Position numbers and translations under genes: made by a program. From positions 1 to 64,000 of the IMG/VR virus record IMGVR_UViG_3300026534_000035: 64,000 nt of DNA; one strand, written 5' to 3'. This stretch comes from a virus. This document shows positions 17,967 through 28,398 of this stretch, piece by piece (within the stretch, counting starts at the first letter, position 1; every line of letters starts with the position of its first letter). The notes under the pieces are model-generated. The model worked only from the letters and a program-made list of their open reading frames with translations, was not told the DNA's origin and did no database searches.

Positions 17967-18380
17967 ATGCTTGTAGGTGAATTATTATTAAGAATTAAAA
18001 TATTAAAGAAAAATATAAAAGATATAAAAAGACATTTAGCTAATAAAGAAGAAAATAATTCTAACAATAGTTATAATGACTTTATATCACAGTTGTTTGC
18101 TCACATTGAACAGTTGAGAAGTTATACTACTATTTTAATGAGGAGCAATGAGTCATCTAAGATATCTGTCGGTAATAAAGAGGTTACCATCTCTGATGCA
18201 GTTTCTTTAAAAAAGGCTATAACACATAAGATAGAAATACTAAGTTCTATGATTGAGAACAATACGAATAGAGATTTAAACATCTTTAATCTTATAGAAG
18301 AGCGAGACAAGCTTTTCGAAGAATATATCTATTTAATGTCTTTAATTAATGATAATGATTGGAGCAAAGAAATCCAATGA
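17967..18380 (+). CDS. Helical protein, DIP1984-like
   Basis: M..GE.LLR...; TISDAVSLK; ERDKL...INDNDW pattern. Confidence 0.5.
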   Translation: MLVGELLLRIKILKKNIKDIKRHLANKEENNSNNSYNDFISQLFAHIEQLRSYTTILMRSNESSKISVGNKEVTISDAVSLKKAITHKIEILSSMIENNTNRDLNIFNLIEERDKLFEEYIYLMSLINDNDWSKEIQ

Positions 18381-18607
18381 TTAAAAAAATGTGGGTTAAA
18401 TTTAATGGGATGGATGTAGAATGTTTTTGTGACTATCATCATAGAAAATGTGTTTCCAAAGAATGTAGGCCTTTTGTAGTGAAATTTATAGACATATCGG
18501 AAGAAGAAAAAGCGGAAGAAGTCACTCGTGAGTTTGATAAAGCGGCAAAAAAGTTTCAATCAGAGTTGGTAAAAACTTTGAAAGTGATGGATAGAATTAA
18601 GAAGTAG
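18377..18607 (+). CDS. hypothetical protein
   Basis: ATGA overlap with upstream stop; Cys-rich N-terminus. Confidence 0.55.
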   Translation: MIKKMWVKFNGMDVECFCDYHHRKCVSKECRPFVVKFIDISEEEKAEEVTREFDKAAKKFQSELVKTLKVMDRIKK

Positions 18608-18619
18608 GAGGGTTTAAGT

Positions 18620-19228
18620 ATGATTGTAGGTATTAGTGGCAAAGCGAGGTCTGGAAAGGATACGTTTGGAAAATTTTTGGCGGAGGAATTAAGTAAATCA
18701 GAAGCAGAGCTTTATATATTAATGGCCTATGCAACTGAGCTTAAAAATAAAGTTCAAAAAGATTTTGATTTGTCTTATGCTCAATTATGGGGGGATAAAA
18801 AAGAAGTTGAAGATAAGCGTTATCCAAAGCCGGATGGTTCGGGATTTTGGACTGCTAGAGAAATTTTACAAAATTATGGTCAGTTTTATAGAACTATAGA
18901 CTATCGTTTTTGGATTAAAAAGCTGTTTGATGTTATAGATGATAAAAATTATAAAAACGTAATAATTACTGATTTAAGACATCCAAATGAAGTAGATGCA
19001 GTACTTGATAAAGGCGGTTTTCATATAAAAATTATTAGGCCTTCTAAAAGTAAACCAACTATTCATAATTCTAAACATATATCAGAAACAGCTTTGGAGA
19101 AGGATTATAAAGTAGATATAAAAGTTAATAATGATGGTAATTTGGATGCTTTAAAAAACAATACAAAAGAGGTTGTTAAGGCTTTGTATTTCTTATTAGA
19201 AGGATCAAAGTCTAAGAATAATAAATAA
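18620..19228 (+). CDS. Deoxynucleoside monophosphate kinase
   Basis: IVGISGKARSGKDT P-loop, REILQ, IITDLRHPNE, HISETAL. Confidence 0.9.
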   Translation: MIVGISGKARSGKDTFGKFLAEELSKSEAELYILMAYATELKNKVQKDFDLSYAQLWGDKKEVEDKRYPKPDGSGFWTAREILQNYGQFYRTIDYRFWIKKLFDVIDDKNYKNVIITDLRHPNEVDAVLDKGGFHIKIIRPSKSKPTIHNSKHISETALEKDYKVDIKVNNDGNLDALKNNTKEVVKALYFLLEGSKSKNNK

Positions 19229-19241
19229 AAGGAGAATTAAA

Positions 19242-19577
19242 ATGGCTAAAAAGAAACAAAAAACATTTAATATTTCTGTGGATCCTGCTCAAGTTGTTTA
19301 TACCAGTATTTCAAAGTCAAGCGGTGGGTATAATAATGCTAGAATGGTAGTAAAGGCTAATGATAAAGAGTATATGTCCATTAGTTATGAGTGGGAAGGC
19401 TCCGGAGTTCCTGCTTTTGCTATTAATTTAATGAGTTTTATGCAGAAAAATGGTGTAGAGACATCCGGGGTTTGGAAAGGTCAAGAGAAGGCCTACGAAG
19501 AATACGCTGCACAGTGTGGGAACAAAAAGAAAACAAAGAAAAAAGACAAAACTAAGAAGTCAGATAAAGAGATGTAA
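19242..19577 (+). CDS. hypothetical protein, Lys-rich tail
   Basis: AAGGAG RBS. Confidence 0.65.
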   Translation: MAKKKQKTFNISVDPAQVVYTSISKSSGGYNNARMVVKANDKEYMSISYEWEGSGVPAFAINLMSFMQKNGVETSGVWKGQEKAYEEYAAQCGNKKKTKKKDKTKKSDKEM

Positions 19578-19601
19578 ATAATAAAGTAAGGGGGTATTAA
19601 T

Positions 19602-19847
19602 ATGGCTATACCAATAGAAGATTTTAGAGAACCACAATGGGTTAGGTATCTTACTAGATACCCACTTTCAGATGATAGGACTATGAGATTTTCTACGGTA
19701 GTTGCCCCACGACACTACCCCCAAAGGTATAATAGCGATGACCCTAGTACAGCTTGGAAACAAGCAGGTTATAATCCTAATGATAATTCTACTAGAGTTC
19801 AGCACATCAATCTAACTTCTGATGATTATACCCTTAGACCCTATTAG
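19602..19847 (+). CDS. hypothetical protein
   Basis: AAGGGGG RBS. Confidence 0.6.
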   Translation: MAIPIEDFREPQWVRYLTRYPLSDDRTMRFSTVVAPRHYPQRYNSDDPSTAWKQAGYNPNDNSTRVQHINLTSDDYTLRPY

Positions 19848-19877
19848 TTGTAATAGAATTAAAGGAAAGGTTATAGA

Positions 19878-20438
19878 ATGGTTCAATATAATAGACGTAT
19901 AGAGATGTTCAAGGATGAATTGGATAGAATCTTTGATACTAAAATTAAAGAGTTTACTAAAGTTTGTTTAATGGTAGCCCCAGATTATTTTTTTACTGAT
20001 TGTCCTGCTAGTAGTAGTGGTAAGTATCATCCATTGGATGAACTTGCTGGGGATGGTACTGTAATACATACAAAAAAAGTTTTTACTGTTGCTTATGCTA
20101 TGTGTAGAGCTTTAGGTTGTGAAAATAGAAGAGACGAAGTTTTGTCTTCTTGTATAATTCATGATTTATGTAAACAAGGTTTGAAAAAAACAGGGCATAC
20201 AGTTAAAAATCACCCAGAATTAGCTGCTAATCTTCTAGAATCAGTGCAAAAGGATACTCAGTATTTAAAAACTGATTCTTTTAAAATAATTTATAATGCT
20301 GTTTTTTATCATTACGGTCCATGGACTGTGAATAAATATACAAAGAGCTTATCTATGTATACTCCTGAAGAATTGTGTGTTTATTTATCTGATTATACAG
20401 CTAGTAAACGGGAATTTGAAATTCATTATAAGAAATAG
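19878..20438 (+). CDS. HD-domain phosphohydrolase
   Basis: PASSSGKYH, HTK, IIHDLCKQG, NHP, HYGPW, SDY. Confidence 0.85.
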   Translation: MVQYNRRIEMFKDELDRIFDTKIKEFTKVCLMVAPDYFFTDCPASSSGKYHPLDELAGDGTVIHTKKVFTVAYAMCRALGCENRRDEVLSSCIIHDLCKQGLKKTGHTVKNHPELAANLLESVQKDTQYLKTDSFKIIYNAVFYHYGPWTVNKYTKSLSMYTPEELCVYLSDYTASKREFEIHYKK

Positions 20439-20446
20439 GGGGAGAC

Positions 20447-20776
20447 ATGTTTAATAATTCGGAGTTTAAAAGAGATTTAAATAGACGTATGAAAAACACT
20501 TCGATAGGAGAACTTTCTCCAGGAGTTACTCCTAGGAGATATACACCTCCGGGAGGAGAGAAGCAGCATAGAGAGCGAATTCATAGAGAGAGTAAATTTG
20601 CTGATGAACATAAAAACCTACCTTTTTCTTTTTCTAAGCCTGTAAAACCCAAGCGTCATAAATTTGTCGAATGTGATAGTTGCGGTAGTATTTTTTATGT
20701 ACCAGTAAATACGGTTGGAGTTGTTTGCAGAGAATGTAAAAAATTTTCATCTGTTTCGGAGGTGGTTAATGCATAA
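20447..20776 (+). CDS. Zinc-ribbon hypothetical protein
   Basis: CDSC...CREC. Confidence 0.6.
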   Translation: MFNNSEFKRDLNRRMKNTSIGELSPGVTPRRYTPPGGEKQHRERIHRESKFADEHKNLPFSFSKPVKPKRHKFVECDSCGSIFYVPVNTVGVVCRECKKFSSVSEVVNA

Positions 20777-21269
20777 TAAAAGGGGTAGAAGGGGCAGACC
20801 TATAGGATATAAGCTTAGTGAGGAGAGTAAACGAGCTATAAGTGAGGCTAAAAAAGGTCAATTTCATAGACAAGAGACAAAAGATAAAATTTCAAAATCA
20901 TTAATTGTGTATTTTAGAAATAAAAACCCCGTTTCTGTAGAAATGATAAAGTATTATAGTAGACTTAATAAAGGCGAGGCGTGTGAGTGGCTAGGCAACA
21001 GTAGAGAACACATAGATTGTTGTGATGAACTTGTTACAGAAAAAACCTTACGTAATAAACAAAAAATAGAAATAACGTGTGGTGCTAATATAGAATTATT
21101 TAGTCATTCATTGACTCCAGAACTACTTGTACTATTCAAAGAATATGCGACACGACTCGGAATAACTACTGATTTGGCTTATGACTTATTGGAGAATGAT
21201 GAAAAAGGCTCACCCTATTCATATCCTCCAGAGGCTATTAATGACCCAGTAGATAAAGACCAGGAGTAA
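20769..21269 (+). CDS. NUMOD3 DNA-binding motif protein
   Basis: GGAGG RBS before ATG 20769; GYKLSEESKRAISEAKKG..H.QETKDKISKS. Confidence 0.65.
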   Translation: MHNKRGRRGRPIGYKLSEESKRAISEAKKGQFHRQETKDKISKSLIVYFRNKNPVSVEMIKYYSRLNKGEACEWLGNSREHIDCCDELVTEKTLRNKQKIEITCGANIELFSHSLTPELLVLFKEYATRLGITTDLAYDLLENDEKGSPYSYPPEAINDPVDKDQE

Positions 21270-21272
21270 ATT

Positions 21273-21809
21273 ATGGCAGGTGTTAAAGGTAGAAGCGGCC
21301 GCCGCGGAAAGGTTGAGCCGAAGAAATTATTAAAAAACATTGTTCCGGTGTCAGATTTGTACACTGAAGAAGAATTAAAATTGTATAATAATCTACTTGA
21401 GGTGTATTTGTTGGACTTTGATAGTGATGATCTAACTTCAAGTGATATGGATGACATCATTGATTTAGCAAAAAATAGAGTAATAGAAATTCGTCTATTA
21501 AAAACTAGTAAAGAATCTCCAGACAGGCAGTTAGATATTTCTGCTGCGCTAGATAAAATAAGAAAGCAAAATGATAAAATAAAAGAGAATCTTTCTTATC
21601 GTAGGAAAGATAGAATAGATCCTCATAAATATAAAGGGTTTTCTATAGTAGATTTAGCTGTTGCTTTTGATGAAGAATGTAAATTAAAGTTACAAGAAAA
21701 GACTCAAAAACTACTAGAAAAAGAAAAAGAAATTTTAAAAAAACGGGAAGAGAGTGGGTACGTAGGAAATAGATTCGATACGGATGTAACTGAAGAGGAT
21801 AAAAAATAA
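21273..21809 (+). CDS. Putative terminase small subunit
   Basis: MAGVKGRSGR N-terminus; directly upstream of TerL. Confidence 0.55.
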   Translation: MAGVKGRSGRRGKVEPKKLLKNIVPVSDLYTEEELKLYNNLLEVYLLDFDSDDLTSSDMDDIIDLAKNRVIEIRLLKTSKESPDRQLDISAALDKIRKQNDKIKENLSYRRKDRIDPHKYKGFSIVDLAVAFDEECKLKLQEKTQKLLEKEKEILKKREESGYVGNRFDTDVTEEDKK

Positions 21810-23534
21810 ATGGCATCTGATTATTCTGTTGTAATGGAGCAAGGTAAGAGGTTAATAGAGTTTTATAGACAAAATCCTTGTATAGCAGCTTATGACTTAT
21901 TGGGTGTTGATTTGGCTCCTATTCAACGCCTTGTTTTTAAAGATATGTGGTTTAAAAACTATGTTATAGCCGTTTGTGGAAGAGGGGCAGGTAAAACGTA
22001 TCTATTAGGTCTTCTTGCTACATTAAGTGGATTACTTTATCCCGGATATAGAGTTGGTTTAATTGGTCCTGTTTTTAGGCAATCAAAAATGATTTTTTCA
22101 GAAGTAGAAAAGCTATATTCTAAATCTTCTATTTTGAGACAGGCGTGTGTTAAAAAGCCTACAAGAGGTTCTGACTTATGCTATTTGCAATTCAAATCGG
22201 TAGGTGGAAATAATGGATCCTACATAGAAGCACTTCCTTTGGGAGTAGATGGAGGCAAAGTTCGTGGGTCTCGTTTTTATTTAATTGTAATAGATGAGTT
22301 GGCCCAAGTTCCTGATAAAATACTTGACATGGTGGTTAGACCAATGGCTGCGACTTCCTTGGAACCTATGGAAAATGTCCGTAGAATAGAAAAACAAACA
22401 CGTTTAATAGAGTTGGGACTAGCTACAAAAGATGACTTCGAGGATTCTACAGTAAATAAAATAGTTATGGCGTCGTCTGGTTATTATAAATTTAATCATA
22501 TGTGGCGTAGAATGAAAGATTATTGGCGCCAGCTGGATGAAGCCCAAAGACGTGGTGAAGAATGCCAATATGCTGTTTGGCAAGTTCCATATCAAGATTT
22601 ACCAGACGGCTTCTTAGATTTAAATAACATCAATGAAGCTAAGCGAGTTATGTCTTCAGTTGAGTTTCAAATGGAATATGAAGCCGTTATGATTTCTGAT
22701 TCAGAGGGGTTTTTTAAGGCATCATTATTAGATAATTGTACTTTTAATAGCGGTGTAGTTTTTGAAGAAGTTGGAAAAAAGGGTTATAAATACATAGTTG
22801 GGGTTGACCCAAACCAAGGTGGTGATGCTAGTTGTGGTGTATCTATAATTAAATGCTCGCATCCAAATGAGTTAGTAAATGTATATGAACTTAAGGGAAA
22901 AACTACCCAAGAACTAACTATGTTTATTCAGGATATAATTAAAAAATTTGATTGTTTTATTTACATGGATCGCGGCGGCGGCGGAAAAGCAATAATGGAT
23001 TTATTAGAAGAGGGCTATAATGATTCAAAACCAGTCATAGATGTAGAAAATCCAGACAATAGATTTAAAGAAGGTAAACGTATATTACATATGATTAATT
23101 TTACTCCAACTTGGATTTCTGATGCTAATTTTGCTACATTATCTATGCTGGAAGATAAAAATTTAAAATTTCCAGAACCCCCTGTTTCTAGTATAGCAGA
23201 TGATGAGGCTTTGGCATTTGAGAGAGTAAAGATACTGAAATCCCAGATGTTAAATATTGTAGTTAGTCAAACTAGGACTGGGGTTTTACATTTTGATACT
23301 CCTAGAAAAGGCCAAAACAAAGACTTGTATTCTTCGTTGATTTTAGCTGCGTATGGAGTTAAAGATTATGAGCACTCATTAGAAGAGGATACCTCCCCTG
23401 TGTTATTTAATAGTGGTGGTATGCTGCGCCCGCATGATAAATCTAATTGGAATGAGCTTACTTCTGGTAACGTGCCTGGTAATGCTATAACTAATTCCGC
23501 AGCACTTTTGGCAGGCAAAAAAAGAATTAAATAA
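21810..23534 (+). CDS. terL: Terminase large subunit
   Basis: Walker A GRGAGKT, Walker B LIVIDE, coupling MASS, FQMEYEA, nuclease IVGVDP, YMD, KDLYSS. Confidence 0.93.
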   Translation: MASDYSVVMEQGKRLIEFYRQNPCIAAYDLLGVDLAPIQRLVFKDMWFKNYVIAVCGRGAGKTYLLGLLATLSGLLYPGYRVGLIGPVFRQSKMIFSEVEKLYSKSSILRQACVKKPTRGSDLCYLQFKSVGGNNGSYIEALPLGVDGGKVRGSRFYLIVIDELAQVPDKILDMVVRPMAATSLEPMENVRRIEKQTRLIELGLATKDDFEDSTVNKIVMASSGYYKFNHMWRRMKDYWRQLDEAQRRGEECQYAVWQVPYQDLPDGFLDLNNINEAKRVMSSVEFQMEYEAVMISDSEGFFKASLLDNCTFNSGVVFEEVGKKGYKYIVGVDPNQGGDASCGVSIIKCSHPNELVNVYELKGKTTQELTMFIQDIIKKFDCFIYMDRGGGGKAIMDLLEEGYNDSKPVIDVENPDNRFKEGKRILHMINFTPTWISDANFATLSMLEDKNLKFPEPPVSSIADDEALAFERVKILKSQMLNIVVSQTRTGVLHFDTPRKGQNKDLYSSLILAAYGVKDYEHSLEEDTSPVLFNSGGMLRPHDKSNWNELTSGNVPGNAITNSAALLAGKKRIK

Positions 23535-23614
23535 AAACATAATTAACTAACCTGCTTATTTATAGAGCTATTAGTGTTTTTAGCTTCTGTATAGGTAAAA
23601 TAGTGGAGGCACTG

Positions 23615-24103
23615 ATGCTTTATAATGACTTATCTATTTTCAATAGATCTTTTTGGGATTTATGGATTCAGAAACTTCTTAGAAATATAGCTTCCGTAAA
23701 ATACCAATGGCTAGCTTTTTTATACGTACCGGTTGTGTGGGGAATGTTTCATACTAATCCTGCAGATAAAACCCCATGGATTTCATCGGCATTAGGATTA
23801 GGATTTTTGGGTGGTGGTTTTATAACATTGGCTACGAGTAGGATGATTGTTAGAACTAAGCTTAGAGAAGATGCAGATGATACTTCTAAACCTTACCCAA
23901 GAACTGAAGCGGTTACTGAACCAAATATATCTAAATCAGATGTTAGAAAAGCGGCGGTAATTAAGAAGAAAATAGAGAAGGCTATAGATGAGTCTGAAAT
24001 ATCTAGTGCGAAAGCTAGAGCTGCTAAGAAGAAATTAGAATTATATAAAGCTACCTTGAATACAAGTGGTATACATGATAATTCGTTAGATACGGATATA
24101 TAG
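23615..24103 (+). CDS. Membrane protein, holin candidate
   Basis: Two hydrophobic segments then a highly charged C-terminus; GGAGG RBS. Confidence 0.5.
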   Translation: MLYNDLSIFNRSFWDLWIQKLLRNIASVKYQWLAFLYVPVVWGMFHTNPADKTPWISSALGLGFLGGGFITLATSRMIVRTKLREDADDTSKPYPRTEAVTEPNISKSDVRKAAVIKKKIEKAIDESEISSAKARAAKKKLELYKATLNTSGIHDNSLDTDI

Positions 24104-24105
24104 TT

Positions 24106-25086
24106 ATGAAAGTTTATATTACCTTATGGGATATAATGAAATCCATTATAGTTATTGGCATTGTAGCTTTGTTATTTTTTAAAGGAGATTTATACTGGGA
24201 TAAAGTAGCCTCTGCTATGGGTAATAAAAATTCCACTCAGATTACTAGGCCAGTTTTAGAAAGAATAACTGAAAACGCAGTTCGATTGTCTAACAAAGCT
24301 AATGATAAAAGATTTAGTGAATTAGAGAAAAAATTAGATAGGTCTAATTCTATAGCTTTAAAAATAGCAAAAGAATATGCTAATAAAACTGGTTCTAATT
24401 TAAAAACTTTGGGTCAAATTGTTGCTGACATGAAGTCATCATTTAATACCCAAAAGCCTGATAAATATATTGATAAAGAAAAAATTTCTAGGTCTTATGA
24501 TGATGTTGATATAGTTAGAACTATGCCTAATGGAGAGCAGTTGCCTATGGGCTGGGTAAAATATCATCCAGCATTAAATGATGAAGATCCTTTTACAGTA
24601 TTTAACTATCCTCTTGAGTATTATACAACTATAGTTAAAACAGAGAATGAAGATGGGCTTTTTTCATATAGTGTAGATGCTTATGTAGAGAATAATTATG
24701 TTAAAAAAGTAAGAGGCAAAAAATTTCCATTACATATAAAAAATGTTACATTTGAAGAAAAACTTATAAAAGATAAAAAATTTAGATTTAATCCAAGAAT
24801 AGCTCTTGGAGGCGCTTTTAATGATAAAAATATATTTCCTATGTTGAATGTGAGTTTATGGAGTTATGGTAGAACTAAGAGGGATATGGATTGGCGGTTT
24901 GGTATTTTTGGAGCCGGCGCTTATAGTTCTAATGGTTCAACTTATGGTGCACTCTCTGCTTCTCCCTTTGAATATAACTTAGGAAACCATATACCATATA
25001 TTGAAAACTTATTCATAGGACCGACATTTAATTTTACTACTGGCGGAGATACGGCTTTTGGGTTTGAGATTTCTATACCGTTTTAG
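24106..25086 (+). CDS. N-terminally anchored protein with coiled coil and C-terminal amphipathic beta strands (spanin-like candidate)
   Basis: SIIVIGIVALLFF TM; ends FGFEISIPF. Confidence 0.45.
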   Translation: MKVYITLWDIMKSIIVIGIVALLFFKGDLYWDKVASAMGNKNSTQITRPVLERITENAVRLSNKANDKRFSELEKKLDRSNSIALKIAKEYANKTGSNLKTLGQIVADMKSSFNTQKPDKYIDKEKISRSYDDVDIVRTMPNGEQLPMGWVKYHPALNDEDPFTVFNYPLEYYTTIVKTENEDGLFSYSVDAYVENNYVKKVRGKKFPLHIKNVTFEEKLIKDKKFRFNPRIALGGAFNDKNIFPMLNVSLWSYGRTKRDMDWRFGIFGAGAYSSNGSTYGALSASPFEYNLGNHIPYIENLFIGPTFNFTTGGDTAFGFEISIPF

Positions 25087-25095
25087 GAGGATACT

Positions 25096-25281
25096 ATGAG
25101 TGATGTAAAAAGCAAAACACCGTGGTGGATAGAGGATTGGCCAGAAGATTATACTAGATCCAGAAGCGGCGCAACATATAATATAGATGATATTATAGGT
25201 AGAAAAGATTATCAAAAATATAGTTTAGATACTGATGATCCTACTACAGTTTCAGGACAAGATGGTAAGATTTTAATATAG
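25096..25281 (+). CDS. small hypothetical protein
   Basis: AGGAGG RBS. Confidence 0.65.
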   Translation: MSDVKSKTPWWIEDWPEDYTRSRSGATYNIDDIIGRKDYQKYSLDTDDPTTVSGQDGKILI

Positions 25282-25290
25282 GGGATTTAT

Positions 25291-27168
25291 ATGAAATCAG
25301 AGGATATTCAAAAAATAACTAAAGAGTTGAAAGAAAAATTTCCTGAAGTAGGTATAGAAAGCATTGATGTTGACGAGACTTCAGGTAAATCCACGTTTTA
25401 TTTAAGACCCACTAAAAAAACACTGGCTTTTTTAGATAATCAAGGGGCGGTAATTCCGAAACAATATCAGGAAAAAGCAGCTGTTATCAATAGAGATGCT
25501 ATAAATAGAAGTAATTTGGACTTATTAAGGGGCGTTGCTGATGCTTATACCGAAACACCCATCAACGCGTTTAAAAGGGCCATAAAATATTATTTTGTAA
25601 ACCCATTGGTTGGGTCGTCTGTGGACTTGCTGTCCGCTTTAACTTGTAAAGGTTTTGAGAATGATATTGATGATGATAAGATTAAACAGTTTTATGATGT
25701 GTGGGCATTTGATGTAGACTTTAAACAGGTTTTGGATTGGATTGCCTTAGATTTTTTTAAGGTAGGGCAGGTGATAACTTACAAAGTTGTAGCTAAATAT
25801 GAACCCAGGGTTTCTTACTTATCTCCTGTACCAGGAACTAAAATAAAGAAACCATCCAAAAAATCGGCAGGACTAGAAACAGCGGCTAAGAAGAATATTT
25901 GGTCAAAAGGCCATTTGCCCATAGCTTATACAGTTTTAAACCCCACTCTAACTACTATAGAGGGTAATTTATTGTTTGATAAAGTTTCTGTTAAAATAAC
26001 CTTACCGCAAGAATTAACTGGGCTGCTTAAAAAGCCTAAAAATGAGCTTACTGAAAATGAAAAGGATTTAATAAAATCTCTGCCCGCGGATTTAAAAAGG
26101 GCTGCTGAAAAAGGCGGAGAATACCAACTTGATTCTAGATTAATAGGTATTATAAATTACAGAAAGCAACCTTATGAAAGGTATTCCAGACCTAGAATAG
26201 GAAGAATTTTTGATGCGTTAGAATATAAAAGACAATTACAAGAAGCAGATACTAGCACTTTAGATGGTATTTCCAATTACATCCTTAAAGTGACTATTGG
26301 TAATGATGAATATCCTGTGACTCAGCAAGAAGAGCTTACTGCTGTTGCTAATTTATTTAATACCACTAGTAAAAGTTTTGACGTGGTATGGAATCACACT
26401 CTACAGATAGAAAAAATAGTTTCCCCTGAAATTGAAGCTATTTTAGGGCAAGATAAATATAAACAAGTTAATGAAGATATTACTGGTGGTTTATCTATTC
26501 CAAGAATGATGTTGGATGGTGTAGGAGAATTGGGTACAGCAGAATCTCAAATGGTTTCCAAAAGTATTTCTGAATTGGTAACATACGCTAGAAATCAAAT
26601 TGAAGGATGGATTTACATGGAATATAGACAGATAGCAGAAACTATGGGTTTTGATAGGTTTCCTAAAATTCGTTGGGATGAAGGTATTCTTAAAGATCCT
26701 ATTTTATACATGAATACTTTAGCGGCATTGGTGGATAGACGCATGATAAGTTACAAAACTGCATTAGAAGAGCTGGGGTATGATTATCCTAATGAAGCCA
26801 ACAATATGAAATCAGAATTTGATTTAGTTCAGTCAGGTATTTTCGGAATTATAGGATCCCCTTGGCAACAAGCTAAAACACAGCCTTCACAGGGCGCACC
26901 TACTGGTTCTCCCTCACAGGGTAGACCTAAGGGACAAACTAATACCAAGACTAAGGAGACCGCTCCTAGTGCTCAAAGAGGACAAAAACCAAACCAAAAA
27001 TTACAAGATTTAAAGAAGAAAGCCGCCTCTTTAAAGATAATTGAAAATATACCAGAAATGACAGCAAAACAATATGCCGCTTTTTTGGACGGAGCTAAGG
27101 AAATACTTAATGAAGATGAATTTGCTGTATTTTTAGACAATGTTTCAAAAGTTAGGTTTGGTGTGTAA
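25291..27168 (+). CDS. Portal protein
   Basis: Position after TerL; YYFVNPLVGSSVD, RKQPYERYS.P, FPKIRW, C-terminal QGRPK linker. Confidence 0.8.
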   Translation: MKSEDIQKITKELKEKFPEVGIESIDVDETSGKSTFYLRPTKKTLAFLDNQGAVIPKQYQEKAAVINRDAINRSNLDLLRGVADAYTETPINAFKRAIKYYFVNPLVGSSVDLLSALTCKGFENDIDDDKIKQFYDVWAFDVDFKQVLDWIALDFFKVGQVITYKVVAKYEPRVSYLSPVPGTKIKKPSKKSAGLETAAKKNIWSKGHLPIAYTVLNPTLTTIEGNLLFDKVSVKITLPQELTGLLKKPKNELTENEKDLIKSLPADLKRAAEKGGEYQLDSRLIGIINYRKQPYERYSRPRIGRIFDALEYKRQLQEADTSTLDGISNYILKVTIGNDEYPVTQQEELTAVANLFNTTSKSFDVVWNHTLQIEKIVSPEIEAILGQDKYKQVNEDITGGLSIPRMMLDGVGELGTAESQMVSKSISELVTYARNQIEGWIYMEYRQIAETMGFDRFPKIRWDEGILKDPILYMNTLAALVDRRMISYKTALEELGYDYPNEANNMKSEFDLVQSGIFGIIGSPWQQAKTQPSQGAPTGSPSQGRPKGQTNTKTKETAPSAQRGQKPNQKLQDLKKKAASLKIIENIPEMTAKQYAAFLDGAKEILNEDEFAVFLDNVSKVRFGV

Positions 27169-27201
27169 GTCCTTTTAAATTTTAAATAAGGAGAATTTTA
27201 A

Positions 27202-28380
27202 ATGGAAAACTCAGTTTATTTAGAGGCAGATATTAAAATAGAAGAAGGAACTGAGGCTTTATGGGAAGCAGCTTCATCAGTCATAGAATTACCAAAAGAC
27301 AAAGAAAAACAAGTGGATTTGATGTATTTTTCTGCTATTTTTGTTTCTTCAGGAGAAAATCTTAATCATGCCTATTTTACACCTTCCGAACTTGTGAAAG
27401 CCGAAGGTACTATTATTAATAAAGCTTTAGATGTAGAGCATAAGGAAGATGAAATAATTGGTCATATTTATGATAGGGTTTTTATGGATAAGGAAGGCAA
27501 CTCGTTAGATTTGGAAGAATTAGCCAGTATGGAAACTGCTAGTTTGGATAGTAAAGATATTCACATTGCTATTGCTGGTATTATTTACAAAAACAGGTTT
27601 CCAGAAATAGCTAAAGAAGTTGCTGAAGGAAAATGGAAAGTTAGTATGGAAGCATACTATCAAGACTATGATATAAAGATAGGTGATTTACTTATATCTA
27701 AAAAAGAGGCTGAGTTTTTAGGTATAGCTTCTAACAATAGTATGTTAGGAAAAGTGGCTAAGGTATTTAAGGAGAAAAAAGAAATTGCCAAAGGAGCTGT
27801 AGCACGTGTTCTCAGAGGACTAACCTTTTCAGGTTGCGGAATAGTTGAAAAACCAGCTAATCCTCCGTCAGTAATCTTAGAAACTGCAAAACAAACTGAT
27901 AAAAAAGAAGATAGTACTGAGTTGGAAATAGTGTTGGAATTGGATGAGGATAATAATGTAACCTATTCTAAGGTAGAAGGCCCTAAAAATAAAGATAACA
28001 TTTCTGTTGAATCAAAAAACACTTCTACCAAAGAAAATTCAGAGGATAAAAAGTCTACAGAGGAAACTGAGGCAGGAAAGTTAGAGTATAAGGATACTGT
28101 TGGTCTTTGTGTTAATTACCAAAGGTATGTGTATAAAGATGAGTCTTCTAGGTCTGAAGCTGATTTACTACACCAAGATTGGTGTAGTAAGTATTCTACT
28201 GGTTGTACTTCTTTTTCTAGGAGTGCTACCGATGAAGATTGTTTGATACACAAAGTAGAGAAAGCCATTTCTGTTTACTTGAAATCTTTAGAAAAGAAAT
28301 CAAGTGTAGAGGCAAGACGGAAAAGTCTTTTAAAAACTTTGGAAATGACCATTGCTAATGCTAGAAGCAAAGATTTTTAA
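27202..28380 (+). CDS. Prohead (capsid maturation) protease
   Basis: DVEH..IIGHI, KVSME, FSGCGIVEKPA motifs; position after portal. Confidence 0.75.
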   Translation: MENSVYLEADIKIEEGTEALWEAASSVIELPKDKEKQVDLMYFSAIFVSSGENLNHAYFTPSELVKAEGTIINKALDVEHKEDEIIGHIYDRVFMDKEGNSLDLEELASMETASLDSKDIHIAIAGIIYKNRFPEIAKEVAEGKWKVSMEAYYQDYDIKIGDLLISKKEAEFLGIASNNSMLGKVAKVFKEKKEIAKGAVARVLRGLTFSGCGIVEKPANPPSVILETAKQTDKKEDSTELEIVLELDEDNNVTYSKVEGPKNKDNISVESKNTSTKENSEDKKSTEETEAGKLEYKDTVGLCVNYQRYVYKDESSRSEADLLHQDWCSKYSTGCTSFSRSATDEDCLIHKVEKAISVYLKSLEKKSSVEARRKSLLKTLEMTIANARSKDF

Positions 28381-28398
28381 TTGAAGGAGGTATAGAAT

